A stretch of DNA of 34,321 nucleotides from a virus (Duplodnaviria; Caudoviricetes). The notes beneath the pieces are model-generated. The model was given only the letters and a program-made list of their open reading frames with translations, was not told the DNA's origin and made no database searches. This document shows positions 25,362 to 34,321 of this stretch, piece by piece. Within the stretch, counting starts at the first letter, position 1. Each line of letters starts with the position of its first letter. The position numbers were made by a program, and so were the translations under genes. The stretch covers positions 1-34,321 of the IMG/VR virus record IMGVR_UViG_3300020426_000284, one strand, 5' to 3'.

Positions 25362-25805
25362 ATGGCTACTGGTTTTGGAACACTTCGTACCGCCGCAGGC
25401 GTAGGGGCCGCTGGGCTGATCCACGCAGCGCTGAACGGCGGGGGCAAGAAGTCCTATACCGAGGTTATCGACCTCGCTGCCGCCGATTTCGAAGGTGCGA
25501 ACGGCGACCTCGACCTGATTGCGAAGATCCCCGAGGGCGAGGTGATTACCGGCATCACGGTGCAGTCGAGCGTATCGCTGGGCACGTCCACGCTGAGCTT
25601 CGGCACGGCGGCGGACCCCGATCTGTACGCGGCGGCGAAAGCTTACGGCACCACGGCCAATGCCGAGGTGAAGTATCCGGTTCTGGCGGCGGTCAAAGGC
25701 GTGCCGCTGGCGGGCCTTACCGCCATCTACATGGGCATCGGGACTGCCAACCTGCCGGGCACCGGCAAGGTGGTGGTCGAAATCGAAACCTCTTCGCGCG
25801 GGTAA
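25362..25805 (+). CDS. Capsid decoration/cement-like protein
   Basis: Follows capsid gene; IAKIPEG.VI....SLGTSTLSFG beta-sandwich pattern; RBS AAGGAG. Confidence 0.7.
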   Translation: MATGFGTLRTAAGVGAAGLIHAALNGGGKKSYTEVIDLAAADFEGANGDLDLIAKIPEGEVITGITVQSSVSLGTSTLSFGTAADPDLYAAAKAYGTTANAEVKYPVLAAVKGVPLAGLTAIYMGIGTANLPGTGKVVVEIETSSRG

Positions 25806-25907
25806 CTCCAGCGCGCGTAAGGGTGACGCCGCCCGGTCCAGCCCGGTTCGCCGTGGATGGAGGAAGAACCGGGCGGCGTCATTTCCGCATCTACCAAGGA
25901 GCATCGC

Positions 25908-26519
25908 GTGGCCAGCCCCGTCGGCAAGACCGCCATTTTCAACAAGGCGATCGTCTTGCTGGGGTCGCGCGAATCGCTGCTTTCCCCCGACGAGACGATT
26001 CCGAGTGCGCAGAGCCTGTCTGCGCTGTGGGATATTGCGCGGCGCAGTGCGCTGGCGCTGCACCCGTGGAACTTCGCCATCGTGCGCGAGAAGTTGCAGC
26101 GCGACGAGAAGCCGCCCGCGTTCGGCTATGCCTATCGCTACGCCATCCCGCCCACCTGCCTGCGCTGGCTGCCGTGGGACAGCGACGACCCATACTATTT
26201 CGACGGTGAGGAAGAGGGCGGCTTTTTCCTGACCGATGCCGAGGAAGTCTATGTTCGCTACATCGGCGATCACGACGAACTGGCCAAGTGGAACCCGCTG
26301 TTCGTCGACGTGCTGGCGCACACGCTGGCGCACGAATACTGCGAAGCGAAAACCGGATTGAAGGGCCTGCGTCAGTCAATCGCCGACGATCGCGACGAAT
26401 TGCTGCGTGCGGCGCGCAAGGCGGATGGGCTGGCGACCGGGCGGCGCGCCCGCAGGCGCAGTGTCGGATCGAGCCGCTGGGCAGGCGCGCGGTATCGCAA
26501 CGGCGTGCTGGGGCGCTAG
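25908..26519 (+). CDS. Tail tubular protein A / adaptor (T7 gp11-like)
   Basis: IFNKAIVLLG, HPWNFA, YRYAIP..CLR and W.PLFVD.LA..LA motifs; GTG start with RBS AAGGAG. Confidence 0.85.
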   Translation: MASPVGKTAIFNKAIVLLGSRESLLSPDETIPSAQSLSALWDIARRSALALHPWNFAIVREKLQRDEKPPAFGYAYRYAIPPTCLRWLPWDSDDPYYFDGEEEGGFFLTDAEEVYVRYIGDHDELAKWNPLFVDVLAHTLAHEYCEAKTGLKGLRQSIADDRDELLRAARKADGLATGRRARRRSVGSSRWAGARYRNGVLGR

Positions 26520-26522
26520 GCC

Positions 26523-28700
26523 GTGGCAGTCGTCGTTCCGATCCAGACCAATTTCAACGGCGGGGAGCAATCGCCGCGCCTGAAAGGGCGCGTCGACCAG
26601 TCCGTGTACAGCAACGGGATGGCCGCGATGGTCGGCTTCCTCCCGCTGCTGCAAGGCCCTGCCGAGGCCGCGCCCGGCACGATCTTCGTTGCCGGGGCAA
26701 AGGGGGCAGCCCGGCTGATCCCGTTCGAATTCAACGTGACGCAAGGATACCAGATCGAGGCGGGCGAAGGCTATTTCCGGTTCTTCACCAACGACGCGCA
26801 GATCATGGATGGCGGCGAGCCTTACGAGGTTGCAACACCGTGGACCGCCGCGCAGGTGGCCGAGCTGGAATATGTGCAGAGCTTCGACGCGCTGTACCTG
26901 TTCCATGGCGACACCATGCCCCACCGGCTGCTGCGCACCGGAGCCGACACATTCGAGCTGGAAGAGCTGAACCTGAGCGGTGGCCCGTGGGAGCCGCGCA
27001 ACAGCGACCGGTCGTCGACCGTGGCATTCAGCAACACCAGCGGTACTGTGACGGTGACAGCCAGCAAACCGATCTTCGCAGCGGGCGATGTCGGCGGGCT
27101 GATGGAGGTTGAAACCGGCGACTTCTCCACCATTCCGAGCTGGCAGGCGGGTATCGAGACGAACACAAACGACATCCGCCAGTGGGGCGGGCGCGTCTAT
27201 CGCAATGCGGGCGGAACCGGGCGCACCGGCGACCTTGCGCCGATTCATATCGAAGGAACCGAGTGGGACGGTATCTCGACCGGCAAGGACGTGAACGACA
27301 AGGGGCCATACGGCACCAAGTGGACGTACCTGTACGATCGCTTCGGATCGGTCGAGTTCACCGCCTTCATCAGCGCATACCAGATGCAGGCCACGGTGAC
27401 GCGCACGCTGGCGGGGGGCGGTGCGGACTGGCGGTGGCGCTTCGGCGCGTTCAGTACCCGGCGCGGCTTTCCGCAGGGCGGGTGCTTCTGGCAGGACCGC
27501 CTGGCACTGTGGCGCAACGCCACGGTGCATTGCAGCGTGACCAGCGATTATCACAATTTCGAGCTGCGCAACGAATTCGGCGACCAGAGCCAGGACATGG
27601 CCTTTTCGATCGACCTGCCGAGCGCGGACCCGATCCGGTGGATGATGGCCGACCGGGATCTGTTGATCGGCACGGCCAGCGGCGAATTTACCCTTGGCGG
27701 TGGCCAGCAAGGCGTCGGCACCGGGCAGGTGGAGCAGCGCAATCCGAGCAGCAATGGATCGGCACGTCACCGCCCCTTCAAGGTCGACGGGCGCGCAATC
27801 TACCTCCAGCGTGCGCAGAAGCGGTTGCTGCAATTCCCGTTCGGCGGAAGCGAGCTGTATCGGCAGGAGAGCCCGGACCTGACCCGCTACGCCGATCACA
27901 TCGGAATTTCGGCGATCGAGGAAGTGGTTTACCAGAAGGAGCCCGACCGCCTGATATGGATTCGCCGCGCCGATGGATCGCTGGTGGCGGCGGCATACAT
28001 GCCCGAAGAGGCGCTGCTGGGCTGGGCACCGCGCCCGATGGCAGACGGGCTATCGGTCATCAGCCTGTCGACGAATACCGACCCCGATGGCCGGTTCGAC
28101 CAGGTGTGGATGATCGTTGCCGTCGACGACGCGCACTGGGTGCTGCGGATGGAGCAGGTGCGGCAGGCTGGCGATGCCAGCACCGATCGCGTCATGGTGG
28201 ATGCGGCCAGCGTCTATCGCGGCCCGCCCACGTCCGCGATTTCAGCCCCGCACCTTGCCGGAAAGACCGTGGACGTGGTGGCCGACGGGCGCGTGCGGCA
28301 GGGGGTCGAGCTGGACGGCAGCGGTGCCGCTACGCTGGAATTCGAGGCGTCGTCGATCGTCGCCGGTCTGCCCTTCGAAGCGTACATGATCACGCACGAC
28401 GCCGAGGCGGGCAGCGGCAACGGGACATCGCAGAACAAGCTGCGCCGGGTGCTGCGCGTCGACCTGCGATTGCTGAACAGCGACGGGCTGGAGGTCAGCT
28501 GCCAGGGCGTGACGCGCAAGATGGAGCAGATGCAGACGAACAGCCCGACCGATACTGCGCTACCCCTGTTTACCGGCGACAAGATGTTCGAGCTGGACGG
28601 CAATCACAGGCGCACCGGCCCGATCACGATTCGGCGATACCTGCCCCGCCCTGCAACGGTGCTGGCGCTGATGGCGTATCAGCAGGTGGGCGAAGGCTGA
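26523..28700 (+). CDS. Tail tubular protein B / nozzle (T7 gp12-like)
   Basis: QTNFNGGE.SPRL.GRVD, RLIPFEF, YVQSFD, GFP....F.QDRL and LLIGT.SGEF motifs. Confidence 0.9.
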   Translation: MAVVVPIQTNFNGGEQSPRLKGRVDQSVYSNGMAAMVGFLPLLQGPAEAAPGTIFVAGAKGAARLIPFEFNVTQGYQIEAGEGYFRFFTNDAQIMDGGEPYEVATPWTAAQVAELEYVQSFDALYLFHGDTMPHRLLRTGADTFELEELNLSGGPWEPRNSDRSSTVAFSNTSGTVTVTASKPIFAAGDVGGLMEVETGDFSTIPSWQAGIETNTNDIRQWGGRVYRNAGGTGRTGDLAPIHIEGTEWDGISTGKDVNDKGPYGTKWTYLYDRFGSVEFTAFISAYQMQATVTRTLAGGGADWRWRFGAFSTRRGFPQGGCFWQDRLALWRNATVHCSVTSDYHNFELRNEFGDQSQDMAFSIDLPSADPIRWMMADRDLLIGTASGEFTLGGGQQGVGTGQVEQRNPSSNGSARHRPFKVDGRAIYLQRAQKRLLQFPFGGSELYRQESPDLTRYADHIGISAIEEVVYQKEPDRLIWIRRADGSLVAAAYMPEEALLGWAPRPMADGLSVISLSTNTDPDGRFDQVWMIVAVDDAHWVLRMEQVRQAGDASTDRVMVDAASVYRGPPTSAISAPHLAGKTVDVVADGRVRQGVELDGSGAATLEFEASSIVAGLPFEAYMITHDAEAGSGNGTSQNKLRRVLRVDLRLLNSDGLEVSCQGVTRKMEQMQTNSPTDTALPLFTGDKMFELDGNHRRTGPITIRRYLPRPATVLALMAYQQVGEG

Positions 28701-29128
28701 TGCTGCGCCCGTTCCAGAGCGAAGACCTGTGGCGGTTCGTTCCGCAGCCTGCACAGTCGCTGGACGATGATGCCCGCGCGCGCATCCTGCATGAAGCGGT
28801 GCCGCGCGGGCCGTGCTGGACGTTCGAGCATGGCGGGCAGGTGCTGGGCGTGGGCGGCTTCGCGCATACGCATCCGGGGTGGGCGACCGCGTGGACGATC
28901 CTTGCGGATGGCAAGGGCCCGGCGATGGTGGCGCTGACGCGGGCAGTGGCGCGGCGGGTGCGCGAACATAATGCCGCGCGCATCGATATGCACGTCGATC
29001 CAGCGCAGCCGGATAGCGCGCGCTGGGCGGCGATGCTGGGGTTCCGTCTGGAAGCCTGGCTGGCCCGTGCGCAGCCCAACGGGCGCGACATGGCCATATG
29101 GTTGTATGAGGGAGGACGCCGTGGCTGA
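28700..29128 (+). CDS. GNAT-fold protein in virion module (T7 gp13 position)
   Basis: VLGVGGF...W...SARWAAMLGFRLE GNAT motif; TGATG coupling. Confidence 0.75.
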   Translation: MLRPFQSEDLWRFVPQPAQSLDDDARARILHEAVPRGPCWTFEHGGQVLGVGGFAHTHPGWATAWTILADGKGPAMVALTRAVARRVREHNAARIDMHVDPAQPDSARWAAMLGFRLEAWLARAQPNGRDMAIWLYEGGRRG

Positions 29129-29651
29129 CCCGGTAACGATTGGCCTGATGGCGCTGAACACGGCAGGCCCGCTGATAGACGGTGTGGGCGCGAATGCCGA
29201 GGCCAAGGCCGAAGCGCGCGCGCTGGATCAAAACGCCGTTGCGGTGGGCACGCAGGGGGCTGAGGACGCGCTGTATGGGCTGCGGATGGGCAGGCTGGAA
29301 GCCGGGGCCGATCTTGCCGCGAGCGCCGCTGGCGGTGTCGGCGCGGGCAATGGCACGCTGTCCGACCTGATGCGGGCCAACGCGGAGGCGCGCTGGCAGC
29401 AGGCGTTCAGCACGGTGGAAACCGCAAGCAGGGAAGCGGCGGGGCTGCGCGCGCAGGCGAGCGCGGCGCGCACGCGCGGCAAGATGGCACTGTTCGGCGG
29501 GCTGGTGCGTGCCGGTGCGGGGGCGCTGAGCACATATTCCAACGACCGCAATGCGGACAAGCTGGACAAGGCGAACGAGCGCCGCCGCAAGGAAGAGTCG
29601 AAGGGCCCGGCCCCGCTGGGGGCGCTGCCGCTGCCGAAGAGGAGTGGCTGA
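29121..29651 (+). CDS. Internal virion/ejection protein (T7 gp14-like)
   Basis: MADPVT.., Ala/Gly-rich, AAGGVG..GT..DL motif; RBS GGAGG. Confidence 0.75.
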   Translation: MADPVTIGLMALNTAGPLIDGVGANAEAKAEARALDQNAVAVGTQGAEDALYGLRMGRLEAGADLAASAAGGVGAGNGTLSDLMRANAEARWQQAFSTVETASREAAGLRAQASAARTRGKMALFGGLVRAGAGALSTYSNDRNADKLDKANERRRKEESKGPAPLGALPLPKRSG

Positions 29652-29652
29652 T

Positions 29653-31515
29653 ATGGTACAGGCGCGCATTCCCCTTCCCCGGCAGATCGCCCGCACGCCG
29701 GTGGTCCGTCAACCGAGCGCATTCAGCGCGCTGGGCGATGCCCTGAGCGTAGCCGGGCAGGCGGGCAGCGAATTCGTGGCGCGCGACCGGGCGACCAAGG
29801 AGCAGGTTACCGAGATAGACCACCGCATTGCGATGGCAGCACAGGACCGCGAGGATCGCGACCTGACCGTGCGCAAGGGGGCCGAGTGGATCGCGTTGCA
29901 GGCAGAGGTGAGCAGCGCAGTCGAGGCGGCGCGGCAGGAAGCCGATCGCTACGGCGACGGGCACAGCGACACGGTGCGCAAGCTGCTGGACGAAAAGCTG
30001 CGGGCATTCGATACCAGCATGGTTGGCAACGAGCGGGTGCGCCAGCAATTCCGCCAGTCGATCGTGCGCGAGGCGGCGCAAATCGAGCTGCGCGAACAGG
30101 CGTGGCAGCGCCAGCGCAATCAGGAAGCGCAGGGGGAGGATTTCGAAGTTTCGGTGGGCACTCTTGCCAACCGGCTGACGCGGACGGACCCGGCCAATGC
30201 GGGCGAAGAATTCGCCAAGGCGATGGCCGATGTCGATACCATGATCGGTGCGGGTGCGTTCGACGACGCGGCAGCGGCGACCATGAAGCGCAAGGCGGCG
30301 ACGAAGCTGGCGCTGGGCATGAACGATGGCCTGTTTGCGGCGGGGCAACCGCAGATGGTGCGGGCTCTGATCGACCAGGGCTTCTACGATTCTCTGGAAC
30401 TCGACACGAGCAAGCTGGGCGACCAGGTGGCGGGCGAGCAGCGCGCGCTGGACATCGCCGCCGAGCAGGAAGCCGAGGCGAAACGGATTGAGGCGCGCAA
30501 TGCGATCGACGCCATCGAAGCGAAGATCGCCATCGGCATCAATCCTACGCAGGCCGAATTCGACGCCGCGCGCGCAGCGGGACAGGCAGCGGGTTTGCCG
30601 GCAGACGAGCTGATCGCCTTCGACGGGCTGAACGTGCAGATCGGGCTGAACCGCCAGTTCAGCGAAGCGAACGACCCGAGCGGCGCGGCAGCGGCGCAGG
30701 TTGTTCGCCAGCTCGCGCCCAAGGTCGCGAGCGGGACGGCGAGCGAACAAGAGCAGGTGGCCTATGCGCACCTGCAAGGGGTTGCGGAAACGCGCGCCAA
30801 GGCAGCGGGGGCGCGGTATCGCGAGATGGCCGGGCAAGGCGTGCAGGGGCAGCAGGCGGTGCTGGGCGAGTTGGCGCGCCTGCCGCGCGATCAGCGTTTC
30901 ATCGCGGCGCAGGAGGCGAAGGACGGGCTGGGTTACGTGGCCATGCTGCCCGCCCCGGCGCAGCGTGCCGCGCTGGACGGTGCCGAGGTGCGCAAGGCGC
31001 GGCCCAAGGATTTCGGCGAAAAGGACGAAGTGACCAAGGCCTTTCGCAGTGCCACGGGCGACTTCGCCGGGACGCTGGGCGGATCTTACGACGACCTGAT
31101 GACGCTGGCGTGGGATATCTATGCCGGGCAGGCCAACGCCAAGGGCAAGGAAGGCTTTACCCGCGAAGGCTTCGCCGTGGCGATCGACATCGCCTTTGGT
31201 GGGCACCGATCAAGCGATGGCGAATGGCGGGGTGGTGTCGGCACTTTCGGCAAGCATCGCGTGATCCTGCCCGAGTGGCAGACCAGCGACGACTTCGAGC
31301 GGAGCGTGCGCGGGCTGACTTTCGACAAGGCGCGCTACGCGGATGGCAGCGCCGCCCGCAAGGCCGATGTGATCGACCACTACCGGCCGGAATATGCGCG
31401 CGACACCGCCGATGGCGATCCGGTCTATCGCATGATCGACGCAACCGGCGCGCCGCTGATGTCGAAATCGGGCAAGCCCTACGAATTCCACGTTCCGCGC
31501 GGAAAGCGCCGCTGA
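29653..31515 (+). CDS. Internal virion/ejection protein (gp15-like position)
   Basis: 620-aa helical Ala/Gln/Glu-rich protein after the gp14-like gene. Confidence 0.7.
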   Translation: MVQARIPLPRQIARTPVVRQPSAFSALGDALSVAGQAGSEFVARDRATKEQVTEIDHRIAMAAQDREDRDLTVRKGAEWIALQAEVSSAVEAARQEADRYGDGHSDTVRKLLDEKLRAFDTSMVGNERVRQQFRQSIVREAAQIELREQAWQRQRNQEAQGEDFEVSVGTLANRLTRTDPANAGEEFAKAMADVDTMIGAGAFDDAAAATMKRKAATKLALGMNDGLFAAGQPQMVRALIDQGFYDSLELDTSKLGDQVAGEQRALDIAAEQEAEAKRIEARNAIDAIEAKIAIGINPTQAEFDAARAAGQAAGLPADELIAFDGLNVQIGLNRQFSEANDPSGAAAAQVVRQLAPKVASGTASEQEQVAYAHLQGVAETRAKAAGARYREMAGQGVQGQQAVLGELARLPRDQRFIAAQEAKDGLGYVAMLPAPAQRAALDGAEVRKARPKDFGEKDEVTKAFRSATGDFAGTLGGSYDDLMTLAWDIYAGQANAKGKEGFTREGFAVAIDIAFGGHRSSDGEWRGGVGTFGKHRVILPEWQTSDDFERSVRGLTFDKARYADGSAARKADVIDHYRPEYARDTADGDPVYRMIDATGAPLMSKSGKPYEFHVPRGKRR

Positions 31516-34321
31516 TGCCGCCCGGTGCGATCATCACGTCGCAAATGCGGCAGAACGAACCCGCGCGCGGCAGTGAAGGGCCGCCTTCGGGGTTGCTGGA
31601 AACGCTGCAAGGCGCATTCACCTCTGCGCGGGCCGATACGACGGGCAGGGCCATGGACGTCGAGCTGGACGCCTATATGGACATCGCCAACGAGGTCGAG
31701 CGGTTGGGTGGGCCCAAGGCCTACACCTTCGTCAACCCGCGCACCGGCCTGGTCGACGGCGAAGGCGTGTGGGCGGCGATGGAGCAGCAGCGCCAGCGCG
31801 GCAATTTCAAGAGCCTGCCGCGCAGCCGCGACCAGTTCGACGAACAGTGGCAGGCGCGCGAGCGCGACCGGATCGCCAAGGCGGATCGGGTTGCATCGCG
31901 CGGCAATCCCGTGGCCGCATTCGCAGGGGGCACCGCAGGCGCGATGACCGACCCCCTCAACCTCCTGACGTTGCCGGTGGGCGGCTTCGGGAAGACCGTT
32001 CTGGCCAAGGTCGTCACCGAAGCGGCGGTGAACATGGGCGTCGAAGGGCTGATGCAGCCGAGCATCAACCGGCAAAGGGCTGCGTTGGGGCGTGACGCGA
32101 TGACGACCGAGGAATCGGTGCAGAATATCCTGTTCGCCGGTGCCGGTGCCGCCGTGCTGCGCGGCGGGTTCGAGATCGGCGGGAAGCACTGGGCAAAGAT
32201 CGCCAGTGCGCCCAAGGCCGTGCAGGAAAAGGCGTGGGCGACGATCCTCGATCGCACGCCGGGCCTGCGCGAGAAGGTGGGCGCGAAGGTCGACTGGGCC
32301 GCGCTGGACGATCATCTGCCCGACATCGCCGAAGGCCTGATCCCGTCCGAGCTGATGACCGATGCGGAGCGCGGGGCGATTTCGGCGTTGCGCCGCGAAG
32401 GGCAGGTGGCAGCGGCCAATCCGTTCGTCCCCGATGGTGCGGGCGTGGCGTCGTACAACACGATGCTGGCCGAAACCATGCAGGGCATCATGGACGGTGC
32501 CCCGGCCTATGTGCCGAAGACGCGCCCCAGCCCCGGTGCCCGCCTTCGCGGTGGAACCGCGATTGCGACCCAGATTACCGGCGATGCGATGGCGACGGTC
32601 AAGGCGCGGATCGGCGTCGTCGAAAGCAACGGCAAGGCGACGGCAGCCAATCCGCGCAGCAGCGCGAAGGGCCTGTACCAGTTCACCGATGGCACCTGGC
32701 TGGCCTATTACAAGCGCCGGTACGGCGCACGGGGCCTGACCGACGCGCAGATCATCGCGAAGAAGACCGACACCGGTTTGCAGAACACGCTGATGGACGA
32801 CTTGTTGGCGGACAATATGCGGGCGCTGCAACAGGGTGGGCACGCAGCGGATGCGGGCAACCTGTATCTGGCGCACTTCGCGGGGCGCAAGGGCGCGCTC
32901 GACCTGTTGCGCGCGGACCCCGGCGTTCCGGTGGAGCGGGTGCTGGGGCAGCGCGTGGTCGATGCCAACCCCTTCCTGCGGGGGATGACCGCCAGCGATG
33001 TGGTCGCATGGGCCCACCGCAAGATGGGTGGAGCGTCCAGCCCCGCCGTATCGGCCGGCACGCGCGCGGAGCCGCAAGCCGACCCCTTCGCCGCGCTCGA
33101 TCGCGAGCTGGCGGATACGCGCGCGCAACTCGACCGACTGGACGAAGAGCTGGGAGGCCCGGCAACTGTGCGTGCGGATGCGCCGCCCGACGACCTGCCC
33201 CGCCCGCTCGCCGAGGTCGAAGCCCCGACGAGTGCCGAGGTGCCCACGATCGAACCGGCTGTGTTGCCCGAGCCTGTGCAGGCGGCGATCCCGCCGCTGC
33301 GTGAGGTGATCGCCAAGCAGGGCCGGTCGCTGAACGATATCGAGGGCCTTGCGCGCGAACTCGATGTTGCCGAGCCGGATCTTCGCGCGGCGCTGACCGA
33401 GCTGGCGCAGCGCGGCGAAATCAGCATGAAAATCCCGCGCGAGGCACGCAAGCGCGTGCTGAACGCGCAGGGCCGCTATCGCTGGCAGACCGATGCCGAG
33501 GTGCTGGCGGATCGTGGCGGGGTGTGGGACGGCAATTTCGCGCGCCCGAGCCTGCGCGGCGAAGACGACCTGCTGGCTGCAATCGCGCGGCGCGGCGGAT
33601 TGTCCGAAGACGGGTTCGGCGCTGCGCAGCGTGCCCGCAATGCGACGATGGACAACCCGCCCAAGGGACACGACCTGCGCAACACCGGCAATATCGGATC
33701 GCACTTCGTCCCCGGCGCAGGGCCGCTGGTGCGCAAGAGCGGGCGCGGCCTCGACGAGCTGGTCGAAGACCTGCACGACGAAGGGTTTTTCGGCCCGCCC
33801 GAAGTGACGCCGCGCCCGACCGAAGCCGAATTCATCGCCATGCTGGACGATACGATTCGCCGCGGCGACAAGATCTATCCCGCCCGGATCGACAATGCCG
33901 CCGATGCCCGCCGCGCCGCCGCGCGCGAGGAATTCGACAATCCGCAGGTCAAGGCATTCCGCAAGCTGTGGGAGGATTACGGCCTCGCCCCCGACGACCT
34001 GCCCGAACACATGCTGGTCGTCGCAGCCGGGCGCTGGGCGGATGGCGAAGGGCTGGCACCCGAACACGTCATCGCGCAGATGGTGCGCGAGGATATGGAG
34101 GACACGCTTCGTCGCGCAGTGGACGAAAGCATGGAAGCGGATTATGGTCGCGATTATGACATCTTCGACCCGAGATATGGCGACGAATGGCAGCAGCGCT
34201 TCGACGCGCTCCGCTACGAAGCCGGGTACGTCCCCGATGCCGACGGCTATTTCGTTGATGGAACGGATGTCTTCGGATTCGGCGCTGTCGAAGGGGCTGC
34301 AGGCGGACGCGGCGCGGGTGG
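31515..34321 (+). CDS. Large ejection protein with lytic transglycosylase domain (3' truncated by window)
   Basis: Frame from ATG 31515 (MPPGAIITSQ...) appears open to the window end, so it is absent from the ORF track; VESNGKATAANPRSSAKGLYQFTDGTW...LYLAHFAG SLT motif at about 32600-33030. Confidence 0.85.
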   Translation, partial: MPPGAIITSQMRQNEPARGSEGPPSGLLETLQGAFTSARADTTGRAMDVELDAYMDIANEVERLGGPKAYTFVNPRTGLVDGEGVWAAMEQQRQRGNFKSLPRSRDQFDEQWQARERDRIAKADRVASRGNPVAAFAGGTAGAMTDPLNLLTLPVGGFGKTVLAKVVTEAAVNMGVEGLMQPSINRQRAALGRDAMTTEESVQNILFAGAGAAVLRGGFEIGGKHWAKIASAPKAVQEKAWATILDRTPGLREKVGAKVDWAALDDHLPDIAEGLIPSELMTDAERGAISALRREGQVAAANPFVPDGAGVASYNTMLAETMQGIMDGAPAYVPKTRPSPGARLRGGTAIATQITGDAMATVKARIGVVESNGKATAANPRSSAKGLYQFTDGTWLAYYKRRYGARGLTDAQIIAKKTDTGLQNTLMDDLLADNMRALQQGGHAADAGNLYLAHFAGRKGALDLLRADPGVPVERVLGQRVVDANPFLRGMTASDVVAWAHRKMGGASSPAVSAGTRAEPQADPFAALDRELADTRAQLDRLDEELGGPATVRADAPPDDLPRPLAEVEAPTSAEVPTIEPAVLPEPVQAAIPPLREVIAKQGRSLNDIEGLARELDVAEPDLRAALTELAQRGEISMKIPREARKRVLNAQGRYRWQTDAEVLADRGGVWDGNFARPSLRGEDDLLAAIARRGGLSEDGFGAAQRARNATMDNPPKGHDLRNTGNIGSHFVPGAGPLVRKSGRGLDELVEDLHDEGFFGPPEVTPRPTEAEFIAMLDDTIRRGDKIYPARIDNAADARRAAAREEFDNPQVKAFRKLWEDYGLAPDDLPEHMLVVAAGRWADGEGLAPEHVIAQMVREDMEDTLRRAVDESMEADYGRDYDIFDPRYGDEWQQRFDALRYEAGYVPDADGYFVDGTDVFGFGAVEGAAGGRGAG

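Larger units (their letters stand above)
1795..34321. mobile_element. Temperate podovirus-type prophage (BPP-1/epsilon15-like virion module); right end outside window
   Basis: Integrase, cI/cro switch, primase/helicase, terminase, T7-type portal, capsid, tail tube A/B and ejection proteins in canonical order; left boundary inferred between the tRNA promoter and the ORF ending at 1840. Confidence 0.93.

Noticed and set aside
25240-25362. T7 10A/10B-style frameshift extension of the capsid protein
   Set aside because: No slippery sequence at the capsid 3' end; the next gene has its own RBS
10901-34067. Long minus-strand ORFs (10901-12856, 18341-19957, 21046-22584, 24069-26333, 26376-27899, 29407-31206, 31479-34067)
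   Set aside because: Antisense shadows of well-supported plus-strand phage genes, expected from codon bias
1795-34321. Diversity-generating retroelement, suggested by the BPP-1-like virion module
   Set aside because: No reverse transcriptase, Avd or TR/VR pair in the window; tail fibre genes lie beyond the edge, so a DGR cannot be excluded there

Overview
GC-rich alphaproteobacterial DNA, probably Sphingomonadales (inferred from gene content and regulatory motifs). Bases 1-1780 are host: the 3' end of a TonB-dependent receptor, a PepSY-TM protein, and tRNA-Gln(CTG) on the minus strand with its promoter. From about 1795 to the window end is a temperate podovirus-type prophage with BPP-1/epsilon15-like virion gene order. 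It contains a tyrosine integrase; a leftward early operon (DUF5131, GapR, AlpA/Xis-like and many small ORFs); a cI/cro switch; a primase and helicase; Lar-like and MTase genes; a leftward LPD29 operon; about 1.2 kb of non-coding DNA with iteron-like repeats; and terminase, portal, scaffold, capsid, tail-tube and ejection proteins. The last gene is truncated by the window edge. Most notable: (i) two stand-alone copies of the helicase's C-terminal putative origin-binding domain; (ii) two LexA-box-controlled small antisense genes alongside a repressor with no autocleavage domain; (iii) a TAAC-N5-GTTA operator in early and late promoters; (iv) a 13-bp motif shared by the left prophage end and an internal IHF-flanked site; (v) a structured leader RNA before the capsid gene. 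All family calls are by-eye motif recognition; no database searches were run.
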